64,000 bases of DNA, taken from the NCBI GenBank assembly GCA_963850305.1, contig CAWKKR010000005.1, positions 192,001-256,000 on the forward strand, written 5' to 3'. Below, in pieces: positions 29,044-38,551 of this stretch; within the stretch, counting starts at the first letter, position 1, and each line of letters starts with the position of its first letter. The stretch comes from an uncultured delta proteobacterium. Lineage in GTDB: Bacteria > Myxococcota_A > Polyangia > Polyangiales > Polyangiaceae. Below the pieces are notes generated by a model, which worked only from the letters and a program-made list of their open reading frames with translations, had not been told where the DNA came from and made no database searches. The translations under genes and the position numbers were made by a program.

Positions 29044-30168
29044 ATGTCCGAGCAGAAGAAGCCAAAGATCGATCTCAAAGCACGCCTCGGTAAGAAGACC
29101 GTCGCGGCGCCAGGCGGCCCGGCCATTCCCCCGCCCGTGGGCATTCCAAGACCACCGGCGATGGGCGGCATGCCGTCGTCGCCATCGCAACCGCCGCCGC
29201 GCGCGTCGAACCCCTACGCAGCCGTCGCCGCTGCGCCTCCGCCGCCTCCCCCGCCGCCGCAGGCGATCATGGTGGAGATGAGCGAGGAGGTCATCGAGCA
29301 GCAAAAGAAGATTCAGCGCCGAGGCTACGTTCTGGCTGGAGTCGTCGGACTCGTCGTCGGGGGTATCGGCTTCACCTTTGGCAGCCGCTCCGAAGCGAAC
29401 AAGGGCGCGAATGCCGCCATCGAAGGCGCCCGCGATCTGGTGAAGGACGTCGAGGCCGCCGACAAGGTCGCGAGCGATCTCAACGACGTTCTCGAGAAGG
29501 CGGCGCAGCGCCTCGCCAAGAACGAATACCCCGAGGAGGAGATCAACCAGCTCGGCGCCATCAACATCCCGTTCGACGGTGGCCACCTGACGGACAAGGG
29601 CATCGGGCGCTTCAAGCGGGATCTGGTCACGCAACTCCTCACGTATGCGAACACGGCGCAGAAAGCGAACGACCAGAAGGAGAAGATCCAGAACCTCCTC
29701 ACGGGTACGAAGGCCGCTCTGACCGATCTGCTGCAGCAGAAGACCGACCCGAAGGTCCGTTGGGCCGTCTGGGTCGAGCCCGGGCCCGGCGGACCGTGGG
29801 CGAACATGCAGCCGCTGTCTTCGCCGTTCCTCGTCAAGAGCAGTCAGAAGGTCAAGGACAAGGACGGCAAGGAGACGGACTACGAGTGGCCGCCGGAGAT
29901 CGCTCTCCGGCGCGGGACCAGCACCGCAACCCTGAAGCGCTACAAGAGCGGAGACATTTCTTCGGGCGACCCGCAGTTCATTCCGGTCGCTCCCCAGACG
30001 GAGGGCATGGTGTGCCCGTCGACGACGGTCGTCCGAATCCGCGGTGAGCTCATGGAGATGCAGACGCTGCTCAAAGGGGACGACACCCCCGGCGCCGAAA
30101 AGACGGGCTTCATGCAGATGGGCGATCAGGTGGTCGCGTCACTGAAGAAGCTACTGCAGACGGCCTGA
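29044..30168 (+). CDS. Hypothetical bitopic membrane protein with Pro-rich N-terminus
   Basis: GAGGAG RBS; poly-Pro tract, single TM (YVLAGVVGLVVGGIGFTFG), helical soluble domain. Confidence 0.85.
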   Translation: MSEQKKPKIDLKARLGKKTVAAPGGPAIPPPVGIPRPPAMGGMPSSPSQPPPRASNPYAAVAAAPPPPPPPPQAIMVEMSEEVIEQQKKIQRRGYVLAGVVGLVVGGIGFTFGSRSEANKGANAAIEGARDLVKDVEAADKVASDLNDVLEKAAQRLAKNEYPEEEINQLGAINIPFDGGHLTDKGIGRFKRDLVTQLLTYANTAQKANDQKEKIQNLLTGTKAALTDLLQQKTDPKVRWAVWVEPGPGGPWANMQPLSSPFLVKSSQKVKDKDGKETDYEWPPEIALRRGTSTATLKRYKSGDISSGDPQFIPVAPQTEGMVCPSTTVVRIRGELMEMQTLLKGDDTPGAEKTGFMQMGDQVVASLKKLLQTA

Positions 30169-30198
30169 GCCGCTGCCGCGGCGCGGCCGCAATTCGCT

Positions 30199-31554
30199 TC
30201 ACGCCGCCGAGCGTCGGGGCGTTTGCGGCGGGATTGACTCGGGGCCGGGGCCCGGCGTCTGTGTTCGTCGGATAACCTCCACCTTGGACACGCGCCGCTC
30301 GTCCGCGTCGCGAACGACGAAGTCGAGCCCAGAGTCCGAGATGGTATCCCCGATGTCCGGTACCTCGCCGAGGCGCTCGACGATGAAACCGCCGAGGGAA
30401 TTGTAGTCCCCGTCCTCGGGAAGCTCGACGCCCAGGTAGCGGCTCAAGTCCCCGATGGGCACGCCCGCGTCGACCATGAGACGGCCGTCTCCGAGGTCGA
30501 CGATGGGCGGCTCGTCGTTGTCGTGCTCGCCGCGGATGTCTCCGACAATCTCCTCGACGATGTCCTCGAGCGTCACGATCCCGCTCATCCCGCCGAATTC
30601 GTCGATGATGACCGCCAGGTGCCGCCTGCCCGAGCGCATGTCCTTGAGCAAGCTCGACGCTGACTGCGTCTCCGGGACGAACACCACGGGGGTCCGCATC
30701 GCGTCGGCGATTCGCACGGTTCGCAGGTCGGTCGTGGCGGCGTAGGAAATCAGATCCTTCACGTGAAGAATCCCGACGATGTTGTCTATCCGCTCGCGAT
30801 ACACCGGGTAACGGGAGTGCGGGCGGGTCGCTATCTGGCTCAGGATCTCCTCCGCGGGCGCGGCAACGTCGATGGCATGCACCTGCGTGCGCGGGATCAT
30901 CACGTCCGCTGCCTTCAGATCGCCGAAGTCGAGAACGTTCCGGATCATCTCCGCCGGTTCGTGCCCGAGGGACCCGTTTTGCTCCCCCTCGGTCACCAGG
31001 ATCTCGACCTCTGATTCCGCCAGGCTCGGGCTCGGCGGTCGCGACCGCTGAACCAGCCCCGTCACGAGCTGTCCGAGCCAGATCAACGGTGCGGCGAGCG
31101 GCGCGATGAGCAACTCGAAGGGGTGGAGAACCCGGAGCAGGTACGGCAGGGTCACTTCCCCGCTGTGGCGAGCGAGGACCATCCCCAGGTACGACGGAGT
31201 TCCGTAAGCGACCAGCACTCCGAGGAGCGCGAGCACGTGCCGGCCCTCGCCCATCCGCGGGGGCAGTGCTCGGTCAATGAGAATGGCGCACGCCGCGAGT
31301 CCGAGGATGCGCAACACCAGCCATCGCGACTCCACGGTGTGGGGGCTCGCGAGATAGCGGTCGACGGCGGGCTGCGTCTGCGGCGGCAGCGTGTTGCGCA
31401 GCGCGGCTTTCCGCGCATCCGGGACCGAGGACAGGACCGCGCTCGCGGTGGCAAACAGCGCCGCAAACAGCGCCGGAAGCGCAGCCAGAGCGAGCTGCGC
31501 TGCAATGGCGGGGGGGCTACTTGGGTCCAACAGGTCTCGGTCCACCTCCTCCAA
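30199..31554 (-). CDS. Hemolysin / HlyC-CorC family transporter (CNNM-CBS-CorC)
   Basis: N-terminal TMs, DVMIPR, HSRYPVY, IDEFGGMSGIVTLEDIVEEIVG, YNSLGGF. Confidence 0.92.
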   Translation of the reverse strand: MEEVDRDLLDPSSPPAIAAQLALAALPALFAALFATASAVLSSVPDARKAALRNTLPPQTQPAVDRYLASPHTVESRWLVLRILGLAACAILIDRALPPRMGEGRHVLALLGVLVAYGTPSYLGMVLARHSGEVTLPYLLRVLHPFELLIAPLAAPLIWLGQLVTGLVQRSRPPSPSLAESEVEILVTEGEQNGSLGHEPAEMIRNVLDFGDLKAADVMIPRTQVHAIDVAAPAEEILSQIATRPHSRYPVYRERIDNIVGILHVKDLISYAATTDLRTVRIADAMRTPVVFVPETQSASSLLKDMRSGRRHLAVIIDEFGGMSGIVTLEDIVEEIVGDIRGEHDNDEPPIVDLGDGRLMVDAGVPIGDLSRYLGVELPEDGDYNSLGGFIVERLGEVPDIGDTISDSGLDFVVRDADERRVSKVEVIRRTQTPGPGPESIPPQTPRRSAA

Positions 31555-31667
31555 GAGCCCTTGGGGGAGGCCTCGGTGAGGTTAGGGGTAGGGCGGTTTC
31601 TCTGCAACCCGCGGGGTCGTTCCGGTCGCTCGGTCACCCTGTCGTGTCGGGGGTTTTCGCTTTAGAT

Positions 31668-32555
31668 TTATTGGGTTGAGGCGGATCTGGAAAAGCCGCG
31701 GACGACGCGAAAACTCCCGCCCGGGCCGAGCTTCCCGAGCGCGAGCAGCGCTCCGGCGCCGTCGAGCCAGGCCGCCACTTCCGCGCCGGGCGGAGGTCCG
31801 ACGAAGTCCTCCGCGGTCAGCTCCTTGCCGCACGCGGCCCGCCCGGCACCAACGTCGGTCAGCCGCGCACACCCGAACGTGCGGCGCGCGACGTCCTCGA
31901 GTGGCATCAAGGCTGGCGCCACGACCGCCGGCCATTGCACGGCCTCTTCGAGCCGGTACGGTCCGCTCGCCCGCCGCTCGAGTGCCGAGAGGTGCGCCGG
32001 GACTCCGAGGGCATCCCCGAGGTCCCGCGCGAAGGCGCGGACGTAGTAGCCCTTGGATACGGCCAGATCGCAGGTGGCACGCCGCCCGTCCCAGCTGACG
32101 ATCGAGAGCGACCGCACGCCGACCGGTCTCGGCGGGAGGACGACCGTCTCCCCGCGGCGACTCCGGCGGTGCGCGCGGTCTCCGTCGATGGAGATCGCCG
32201 AGAACGCCGGCGGCACCTGCGCCGCGCGCTCGCGCTCCCCGTCGAGGGCAGCGTGGAGCGCCGCTTCGTCGATCGAAGTCGCGCGTTCCTCGAGGGTGCG
32301 GCCCTCGGAGTCGAGCGTATCCGTCGACCGTCCGAATTCGACCGTCGCGCGGTACTCTTTCTCGTCCAGCGTCACGTAGCCGGACAGCTTGGTCGCCTGT
32401 CCGACGAGCAAGACGAGGACCCCGGACGCCATGGGATCCAGGGTGCCCGCGTGTCCGACGCTTCGCGTCCCGAAGAGGCGGCGTGCCGCGGCAACGACGT
32501 CGTGGCTCGTCGGCCCCCGCGGCTTGTCGACGACCAGCAGTCCGTCGACGCTCAC
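31668..32555 (-). CDS. truB: tRNA pseudouridine(55) synthase
   Basis: GLLVVDKPRGPTSHDVV, GHAGTLDPMASGVL, QVPPAFSAI, SKGYYVR. Confidence 0.96.
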   Translation of the reverse strand: MSVDGLLVVDKPRGPTSHDVVAAARRLFGTRSVGHAGTLDPMASGVLVLLVGQATKLSGYVTLDEKEYRATVEFGRSTDTLDSEGRTLEERATSIDEAALHAALDGERERAAQVPPAFSAISIDGDRAHRRSRRGETVVLPPRPVGVRSLSIVSWDGRRATCDLAVSKGYYVRAFARDLGDALGVPAHLSALERRASGPYRLEEAVQWPAVVAPALMPLEDVARRTFGCARLTDVGAGRAACGKELTAEDFVGPPPGAEVAAWLDGAGALLALGKLGPGGSFRVVRGFSRSASTQ

Positions 32556-33589
32556 CCGAACCAGACGCTTTTCCGCTCGGAGAGCTCCTGATCGAGCATC
32601 TGCTGGATGCCGACCCGGACGCGGTCCGCCAGGCGTCCGACGAGGACGTGATCCGCGGCCGCCTCCGGACCATAGCCGTCGAACGGGATGACCTCCCCGA
32701 AGCGAATCCGCCATTTGGTCGGCGCAGGAAGCAAACCCACCGGCCCCAGTAACGGAAACGTGGGCGTCACGGGCAGATAAGGGAGCCCGAGCAGCTTCGA
32801 CAGTGTCTCGTCTCGGTGAAGCATCGGGCTGGCCTCCTCGGCCCCGATCACGGCGCAGGGCACGAGCGGCGTTCCGGTGCGAAGGCAGAGCCGGATGAAC
32901 CCCCCGCGGCCAAATCGCTGGAGCCGGTAGCGGTCGCGGTAGAGCTTGCCAATCCCCTTCACGCCCTCGGGAAACACCGCGACGAGACTCTCCTTCGCGA
33001 GGAGGCGCTCGGCATTTTCCTGGCAAGCCCGGACCGCCCCGATGCGACTCATGAACGAGCCGACGAAGGGCAGGTAATAGACGAAATCCTCCGTGAGCCA
33101 GCGCAGGTCGCGCGCTCCGCCGTGTTCGAGCCGGATTGCGGACCTCAGCATGAGGCCGTCGAGGGGGATGGTCCCGGAATGATTCGCGACGACCAGGCAT
33201 CGTCCCGTATCGGGCACGTGCTCGATCCCCTGCACTTCGACCCGGAAGTAGCGCTTGTAAAGGAAGTCGGCCAGCGGCAGCAGGCGCTCCTCGTAAACGG
33301 GGTCGAGCCCGAAGTCGTCGACCTCCTCGGACCGGTTCCTCATGCCGATGCGACCCCACTGTCGGAGGTAATAATCGCTCGAGAGCAGGTCGCGCACCGT
33401 CTCGATGACGTGCGCCTCGTCCACTCGCGCCACGGGAGCCGCCAGTCGGTCCACGACCTCGCGCGCCGCAACGGAGACGTGCTCGCGGATAGAGGTCGGC
33501 GCGGGTTCCTCCGCGTCGACGTCCGCTCGAGTCAGCCGCTCGAGCCGGTCTTCCAGGAGTCGAAGGCGGTCTTTCTCGTCCGCGTTCAC
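32552..33589 (-). CDS. Lysophospholipid acyltransferase (PlsC-like)
   Basis: VDDFGLDP, ANHSGTIPLD, VFPEG, FGRGGF. Confidence 0.92.
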   Translation of the reverse strand: MNADEKDRLRLLEDRLERLTRADVDAEEPAPTSIREHVSVAAREVVDRLAAPVARVDEAHVIETVRDLLSSDYYLRQWGRIGMRNRSEEVDDFGLDPVYEERLLPLADFLYKRYFRVEVQGIEHVPDTGRCLVVANHSGTIPLDGLMLRSAIRLEHGGARDLRWLTEDFVYYLPFVGSFMSRIGAVRACQENAERLLAKESLVAVFPEGVKGIGKLYRDRYRLQRFGRGGFIRLCLRTGTPLVPCAVIGAEEASPMLHRDETLSKLLGLPYLPVTPTFPLLGPVGLLPAPTKWRIRFGEVIPFDGYGPEAAADHVLVGRLADRVRVGIQQMLDQELSERKSVWFG

Positions 33590-34692
33590 GGGTTCACCTC
33601 GGCGAGGAGCCTCGCGTCCCGGAGATGTTGCGCGCTGGCGAAATCGAGCAGCGTCTCCCGCGTCGTGTACGCCGGGGCGAACCCGAGTTCCCGCTTCGCG
33701 CGCTCCCCGTCCGCGACGCAAAGATACTGCAGATAATCGAGCATGGTCGCCGGCGCTTCGGCGACCTGGGTCAGCCAGAGCGCTCCGACGATCGTGTTCG
33801 CAATCGGCCGGGGCAGGGGTAGGGCGATTCGGCCGGCGAGTTTCACCAACGTCGAAAGCGGCAAGACGCCGTCGCCGACGACGTTGAACACGCCGGGCGC
33901 GTCGCGATCGATCGCGAGCTTCAGCGCGGCGAGCGCATCGGCCTCGTGCAGCAACTGGCAGAGCGGATCGAACCCGAGGATGGTCGGCACCACCCGGCGC
34001 CCCAGGTACCGCGCCAGGAACCCGCGCACCGTCGGTCCGAGGATCGGCGCGGTCCTGAGCACCGTCACGGTCCGCCCCTTTTCCGCGTCAGCGTAGCCGA
34101 GCACGTCATTCTCCGCCGCGATCTTGTCCGCGAAGAAGGGTTCACTTCTCCGCGCGCGGAGCGGATGTCGTTCCGTCAGGTAGTTCGGGTTCGTCGGATA
34201 GGCCCCGTAGAGGAACGTGTGGCTTCGCATGACGATCTTGCGCACGTTCGTGCGGCGCGAGGCGTTGAGCACGTGCATCGTCCCGACGCTTTCGAACTCG
34301 TGTGCCCACGCGGCCGCATGCGCCGGGGACGACAGGAACGCCAGGTGCACGACGGTGTCCACGCCCTCTGCGCCGAGGATCTCCGTTATCCGGTCCTCGG
34401 TCGTGGCAGCCGTCAGATCGACGTCGTACGTGCGCGTCTTCTGCCCTGCGGTATTCGGCGCGGCAAGATCGATGCTGACGATCCTGCGGACGCGGTCGTC
34501 TTCCTCGAGAAGCCCCACGAGATTTCGACCGAGGAGCGAAATGCCGCCCGTCACTGCCACGACGCGCGAAGCGGGGCTGCGCGTGGAGAGCGCAGCGCCG
34601 ACGCGTGCGAGGGCGTCACCGCCGCGGCCGCCCCGGCGGAGCTCGTGCGATCCGCCCACCGGTCGCCCGGGGCCGTCATGCGACGCGCTCAT
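33586..34692 (-). CDS. NAD-dependent epimerase/dehydratase family (atypical SDR)
   Basis: VAVTGG..LG, DTVVHLAF, GTMHVL, GFDP..QLLHE.D, FNVVGDG. Confidence 0.9.
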   Translation of the reverse strand: MSASHDGPGRPVGGSHELRRGGRGGDALARVGAALSTRSPASRVVAVTGGISLLGRNLVGLLEEDDRVRRIVSIDLAAPNTAGQKTRTYDVDLTAATTEDRITEILGAEGVDTVVHLAFLSSPAHAAAWAHEFESVGTMHVLNASRRTNVRKIVMRSHTFLYGAYPTNPNYLTERHPLRARRSEPFFADKIAAENDVLGYADAEKGRTVTVLRTAPILGPTVRGFLARYLGRRVVPTILGFDPLCQLLHEADALAALKLAIDRDAPGVFNVVGDGVLPLSTLVKLAGRIALPLPRPIANTIVGALWLTQVAEAPATMLDYLQYLCVADGERAKRELGFAPAYTTRETLLDFASAQHLRDARLLAEVNP

Positions 34693-34747
34693 GTCGCCGC
34701 ACAACGTAGTCGAAACCCGGAAAAAATGAAGGCGCCTCGCCGACCTA

Positions 34748-35977
34748 TCAACGGACTCCCGGACCAGGGCTTGGCGGACCTGGCCGGCAGTCGGCTGTCA
34801 CCCAGATCAGATCTTCTCGCGTGGCGAGCCAGACGTCGACGGTGCTCCCCTGCGTGGCCACCGCAAAGCCTCTGGCGTCGGCGACGGCCATGGTCGAGCT
34901 TCTCGGCGCGCCGTCCTGGCCGATCAGGAACGCCCGGACCGTCTCGCGAGACTCGTGCCGGCAGCTGATTGGCGCGAGCCAGCCCACGAAGAACCCGGTC
35001 TCGAGTGGCCGTGTGAGCACGTTGGAGGGCGGGACCTGTCCATCGATATCGAAGTGCGAACCGCCGGACGTGAGCATCCGGACCGTGAAGCCGTCCTCCA
35101 CGCACTTGGTATCGATGCTGGACCCCGGGGCCACCGCGATTGGCGCGTCGCCCAGGACGACATCGTACACGCCGAACGGCGAGGCGATGTGTCCGACGGC
35201 TTTCGCCGACCCCGCGCTCAGTCCCCAGATCGACACGCCTGCCGGCGTCGACGTGGCCACCGTGGTAGTCGTGTCTTTTAGTCGTACGATCGAAAACGGC
35301 GCGAGGCCGTCCGCGGGAGGCACGTCCGTGCGCTTCCACTCCGAAGCGCGCGCGTCGGCGCCTCCGATCAACACCGTCGCACCCGGTCCCGCGCTGATCG
35401 CGGCCAGGCTCGTGAGCACGGCGCACGTCTTCCCCGTGCACGTGGCGTCCGCGAGATCGAGATGGTCCCCCGTCACGAGCGGCTCGATGAGCCCCGACGG
35501 ATGTCGAACGACCACGCTTCGTGCTCCATTGCCGCCGTCCTCGACGTCGAACACGACCCAGCCCGCGTCGCTTTTCGCGAAGATGGGCGGGGCGTCGAGC
35601 TCCTGCCACGGCACACGTTCCCCTGGCCGACCCCGGTCGTCGAGCACGCCGTCCCAATCGACGACCCCATCCCCGTCCTCGTCGACCGCGACGATGAGTC
35701 GCGACGAGCCCGCGGGAGTCACGAAACGTACGGCGCCCCTGGGGAGTGGGGCCTTCTGCACGGGAGGCTTCAGGATGCAGCCCTGCGGGAGCCCGATGCT
35801 TCCGAGATCCTCGAGCGGTGACCACGCGAACGGCGCGAGCGCCGACGGCAGCGTCGCATCCAGGGTCTTCGCGATCGGTGCCGGCCTTTTCGGCGGTTCG
35901 TCGTTCGTGGTCTTTCGATGACAGCCGTTGAGCAGCAAAGCGACGCCGAAGCTGCCGAAGAACGCGCGCGCATTCAC
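34748..35977 (-). CDS. Hypothetical lipoprotein
   Basis: Lipobox LLNGC after a hydrophobic stretch; beta-rich body. Confidence 0.7.
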   Translation of the reverse strand: MNARAFFGSFGVALLLNGCHRKTTNDEPPKRPAPIAKTLDATLPSALAPFAWSPLEDLGSIGLPQGCILKPPVQKAPLPRGAVRFVTPAGSSRLIVAVDEDGDGVVDWDGVLDDRGRPGERVPWQELDAPPIFAKSDAGWVVFDVEDGGNGARSVVVRHPSGLIEPLVTGDHLDLADATCTGKTCAVLTSLAAISAGPGATVLIGGADARASEWKRTDVPPADGLAPFSIVRLKDTTTTVATSTPAGVSIWGLSAGSAKAVGHIASPFGVYDVVLGDAPIAVAPGSSIDTKCVEDGFTVRMLTSGGSHFDIDGQVPPSNVLTRPLETGFFVGWLAPISCRHESRETVRAFLIGQDGAPRSSTMAVADARGFAVATQGSTVDVWLATREDLIWVTADCRPGPPSPGPGVR

Positions 35978-36030
35978 AGCGACGCAGCGTTGCGCGGATG
36001 GTGCCCCCCTGCAACTCGTGGCGAGCCACC

Positions 36031-36618
36031 TCAGCGCATTTTCAAGCGCAGGACGGGATACGGCGCGAAGTCGTGGACCACCTGGAACCCGAGCTGGGTG
36101 AAGAGCGCGAAGGGTCCCGTCCAGGCCTCGTCGTCGCGGAGTCCGTCGCCTCGCCTCGGAAACGCCTCGATCGCGCCGCCGCCGCGATCCTTCACCAACG
36201 CGATCGCGCCCTCGAGCAGCGCCCGTGCCGTCCCGCGGCGACGCGCACCGGGATCGACGAGAAGACAGCCGACCGCAAAGACGCCCGCGCGGTCGCCATC
36301 GAAGCAAGGCAGCCTCCGGTAGATCCGCTGCTCGTAGAGTTTGGGGAGAGAGTTTGCTGGTGCGACTTTGAGCCAGCCCACCGCGCCCGCCTCGTCCAGG
36401 GCGACGACCCCGGACATCTCGTCATTGGCGTCGCGGAGCGCAGAGAACATCTCCGCGCGATTCCTGTCCGGGTGGTGAGCGCAGCGATCGAGCCAGGCGT
36501 TCGTGACGTCCCGGAAGTGAAAATAACGACAGTGACACGCGACGCCCGCCCGCTCGAAGAGCGCGGCGAGGAGCGGGGCATGCACCGCGCTCGCCGGAAC
36601 GACGCGCACGGTGTTCAC
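36031..36618 (-). CDS. GNAT family acetyltransferase
   Basis: CHCRYF, AVGW, VGCLLVDPGARRRGTARALL, IEAFP, FTQLGF. Confidence 0.88.
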   Translation of the reverse strand: MNTVRVVPASAVHAPLLAALFERAGVACHCRYFHFRDVTNAWLDRCAHHPDRNRAEMFSALRDANDEMSGVVALDEAGAVGWLKVAPANSLPKLYEQRIYRRLPCFDGDRAGVFAVGCLLVDPGARRRGTARALLEGAIALVKDRGGGAIEAFPRRGDGLRDDEAWTGPFALFTQLGFQVVHDFAPYPVLRLKMR

Positions 36619-38132
36619 GTCGGAGGTCTTTGCCCTCGCGCGGGCGAGAGCCGTTCCCACGCCGCGGCGACCTGAAACATCCTCTCTTCGGCAAAAGCCG
36701 GCGCGACGATCTGGAGACCGATCGGGAGCACGGGCCGTTCGTTCGTGGCGGGAGCCGGCGCGCAGGGCACCGACACCGCGCACACGCCCGCCAGGCTCGC
36801 GGGGAGCGTGTAGACGTCGGAGAGATACATCTTCACGGGGTCGTCGACTCTGTCGCCGAGCTTGAACGCCGGCGTGGGACTGATCGGCGTGAGGAGTACG
36901 TCGACCTCCGCGAACGCGCGCTCGAAGTCGCGCTTGATGAGCGTGCGGACTTGCTGCGCCTTCTTGTAGTACGCGTCGTAATAGCCGGCTGCGAGCGCGT
37001 ACGTGCCGAGCATGATGCGCCGTTTCACTTCGGGTCCGAAGCCGCCGCCACGGCTTTCGGCGTACAGGGTCGCCAGATCGGCGCCGGGTCGCTCCATACG
37101 CAGGCCGAACCGCACGCCGTCGAGGCGTGCGAGGTTGCTCGACGCTTCCGCGGTGGCGACGACGTAATACGTCGCAAGGCCGTAGCGCGTGTGCGGCATG
37201 TCCACGTCGTGGAGCGTGCATCCCTCGGCGGCGAGGGCCGCGATCGCCGCACGCACGCTCGCGTCCACGTCCGCATCGAGTCCCGCGGCAAAATACTCCC
37301 GCGGTACGCCGATCCGGACGCCCCGCACCGGCCGGTCGCACGCCGCTTCGTAATTGCCGATGGGCAACGACGACGCGGTCGAGTCGAGCGCGTCGGGTCC
37401 CGCGATGACGGAGAGCAACCGTGCCGCACTCCGCACGTCCGGCGCGAACGGTCCGACCTGATCGAGACTCGACGCGAACGCGACCAGTCCGTACCGCGAA
37501 ACGCGGCCGTAGGTCGGCTTCACGCCGACGACGCCGGTGAGTCCCGCGGGCTGACGTATCGAGCCGCCCGTATCGCTGCCGAGCGCGCCGCCGACGAGCC
37601 GCGCCGCGACACTGGCGGCGCTGCCGCCGCTCGACCCTCCAGGCGTACGCGTCGGGTCCCAGGGGTTCCGGACCGGTCCGAACGCGCTGTTCTCGTTCGA
37701 CGAGCCCATCGCAAACTCGTCCATGTTCGTCTTGCCGACGAGGATCGCGTCCGCCGCGCGCAGACGCGCGACGACCGTGGCGTCGTAGGGCGGCCTCCAT
37801 CCGCCGGCAGGCGACGACGCGGGTGCGCCGCGGTCGGCTCGCACCAGGATCTTCGACGCGCAGGTCGTCGGTTGATCCGACGTGCAGAGGGCGTCCTTGA
37901 CGGCAATCGGGACGCCGGCGAGCGCGCCCAGGGGTTCGCCTCGCGCGCGCTTTTCGTCCACGCGGCGCGCGGCGGCGAGCGCGGCGTCCTTCGCGACGTG
38001 CAAGAACGCGTTCAGCGATGCGGCCTCGCCGATCCGCGCGAGACTCGCGGACGCCACGGCTTCCGCGGTGACGTCTCCGTTCGCGACGCGCGCCGCGAGC
38101 TCGGCGACCGATAGAGCGAGCACGTCGGTCAA
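36615..38132 (-). CDS. gatA: Asp/Glu-tRNA amidotransferase subunit A
   Basis: GKTNMDEFAMGSS, GGSSGGSAA, GSDTGGSIRQPA, EVKRRIMLGTYAL..GYYDAYY. Confidence 0.97.
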   Translation of the reverse strand: MTDVLALSVAELAARVANGDVTAEAVASASLARIGEAASLNAFLHVAKDAALAAARRVDEKRARGEPLGALAGVPIAVKDALCTSDQPTTCASKILVRADRGAPASSPAGGWRPPYDATVVARLRAADAILVGKTNMDEFAMGSSNENSAFGPVRNPWDPTRTPGGSSGGSAASVAARLVGGALGSDTGGSIRQPAGLTGVVGVKPTYGRVSRYGLVAFASSLDQVGPFAPDVRSAARLLSVIAGPDALDSTASSLPIGNYEAACDRPVRGVRIGVPREYFAAGLDADVDASVRAAIAALAAEGCTLHDVDMPHTRYGLATYYVVATAEASSNLARLDGVRFGLRMERPGADLATLYAESRGGGFGPEVKRRIMLGTYALAAGYYDAYYKKAQQVRTLIKRDFERAFAEVDVLLTPISPTPAFKLGDRVDDPVKMYLSDVYTLPASLAGVCAVSVPCAPAPATNERPVLPIGLQIVAPAFAEERMFQVAAAWERLSPARGQRPPT

Positions 38133-38133
38133 A

Positions 38134-38427
38134 TCATCCTTCGTCGACGTACCCCGGAACCGCGAATCCGCCTTCCGCGCTGCGCGGTGCCTCGGCGAGC
38201 GCGAGCTCGCGCGGCACCCCCGAGACGACGCGGTCCGGTCGAAACGGCGCCGCGGCGACCGCGCCGTACGATGTCGGCGGCACACCCGCCGTGTCCGCGC
38301 CGGAGAGTTCCGCGACATGCGCCAAGATCCCGTCGAGATCGCGGACCATCCGTTCCACCTCCGGCTCGGAAAGTTCGAGCCGGGCCAGTTTGGCGATGTG
38401 AAGCACGTCGCTGCGCGTGATGGCCAT
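38134..38427 (-). CDS. gatC: Asp/Glu-tRNA amidotransferase subunit C
   Basis: MAITRSDVLHIAKLARLEL...FAVP, directly upstream of gatA. Confidence 0.95.
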   Translation of the reverse strand: MAITRSDVLHIAKLARLELSEPEVERMVRDLDGILAHVAELSGADTAGVPPTSYGAVAAAPFRPDRVVSGVPRELALAEAPRSAEGGFAVPGYVDEG

Positions 38428-38551
38428 GGAGCCCGCGGAGACTACAGCGTCTTTCGCTGACGCGAAACGCCCGAAAAGATTCCGGCGCCGACTTTCGCGA
38501 TCGCTCCCCCGCTCGCGCCGCAGCGCCGTTGCTACACTCGCCCCCGACGAC

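Noticed and set aside
32556..33359. Long N-terminal extension of TruB (563-aa ORF)
   Set aside because: It overlaps the acyltransferase in another frame; the real start is GTG 32555. The same applies to the extended GNAT, gatC and DUF72 ORFs.
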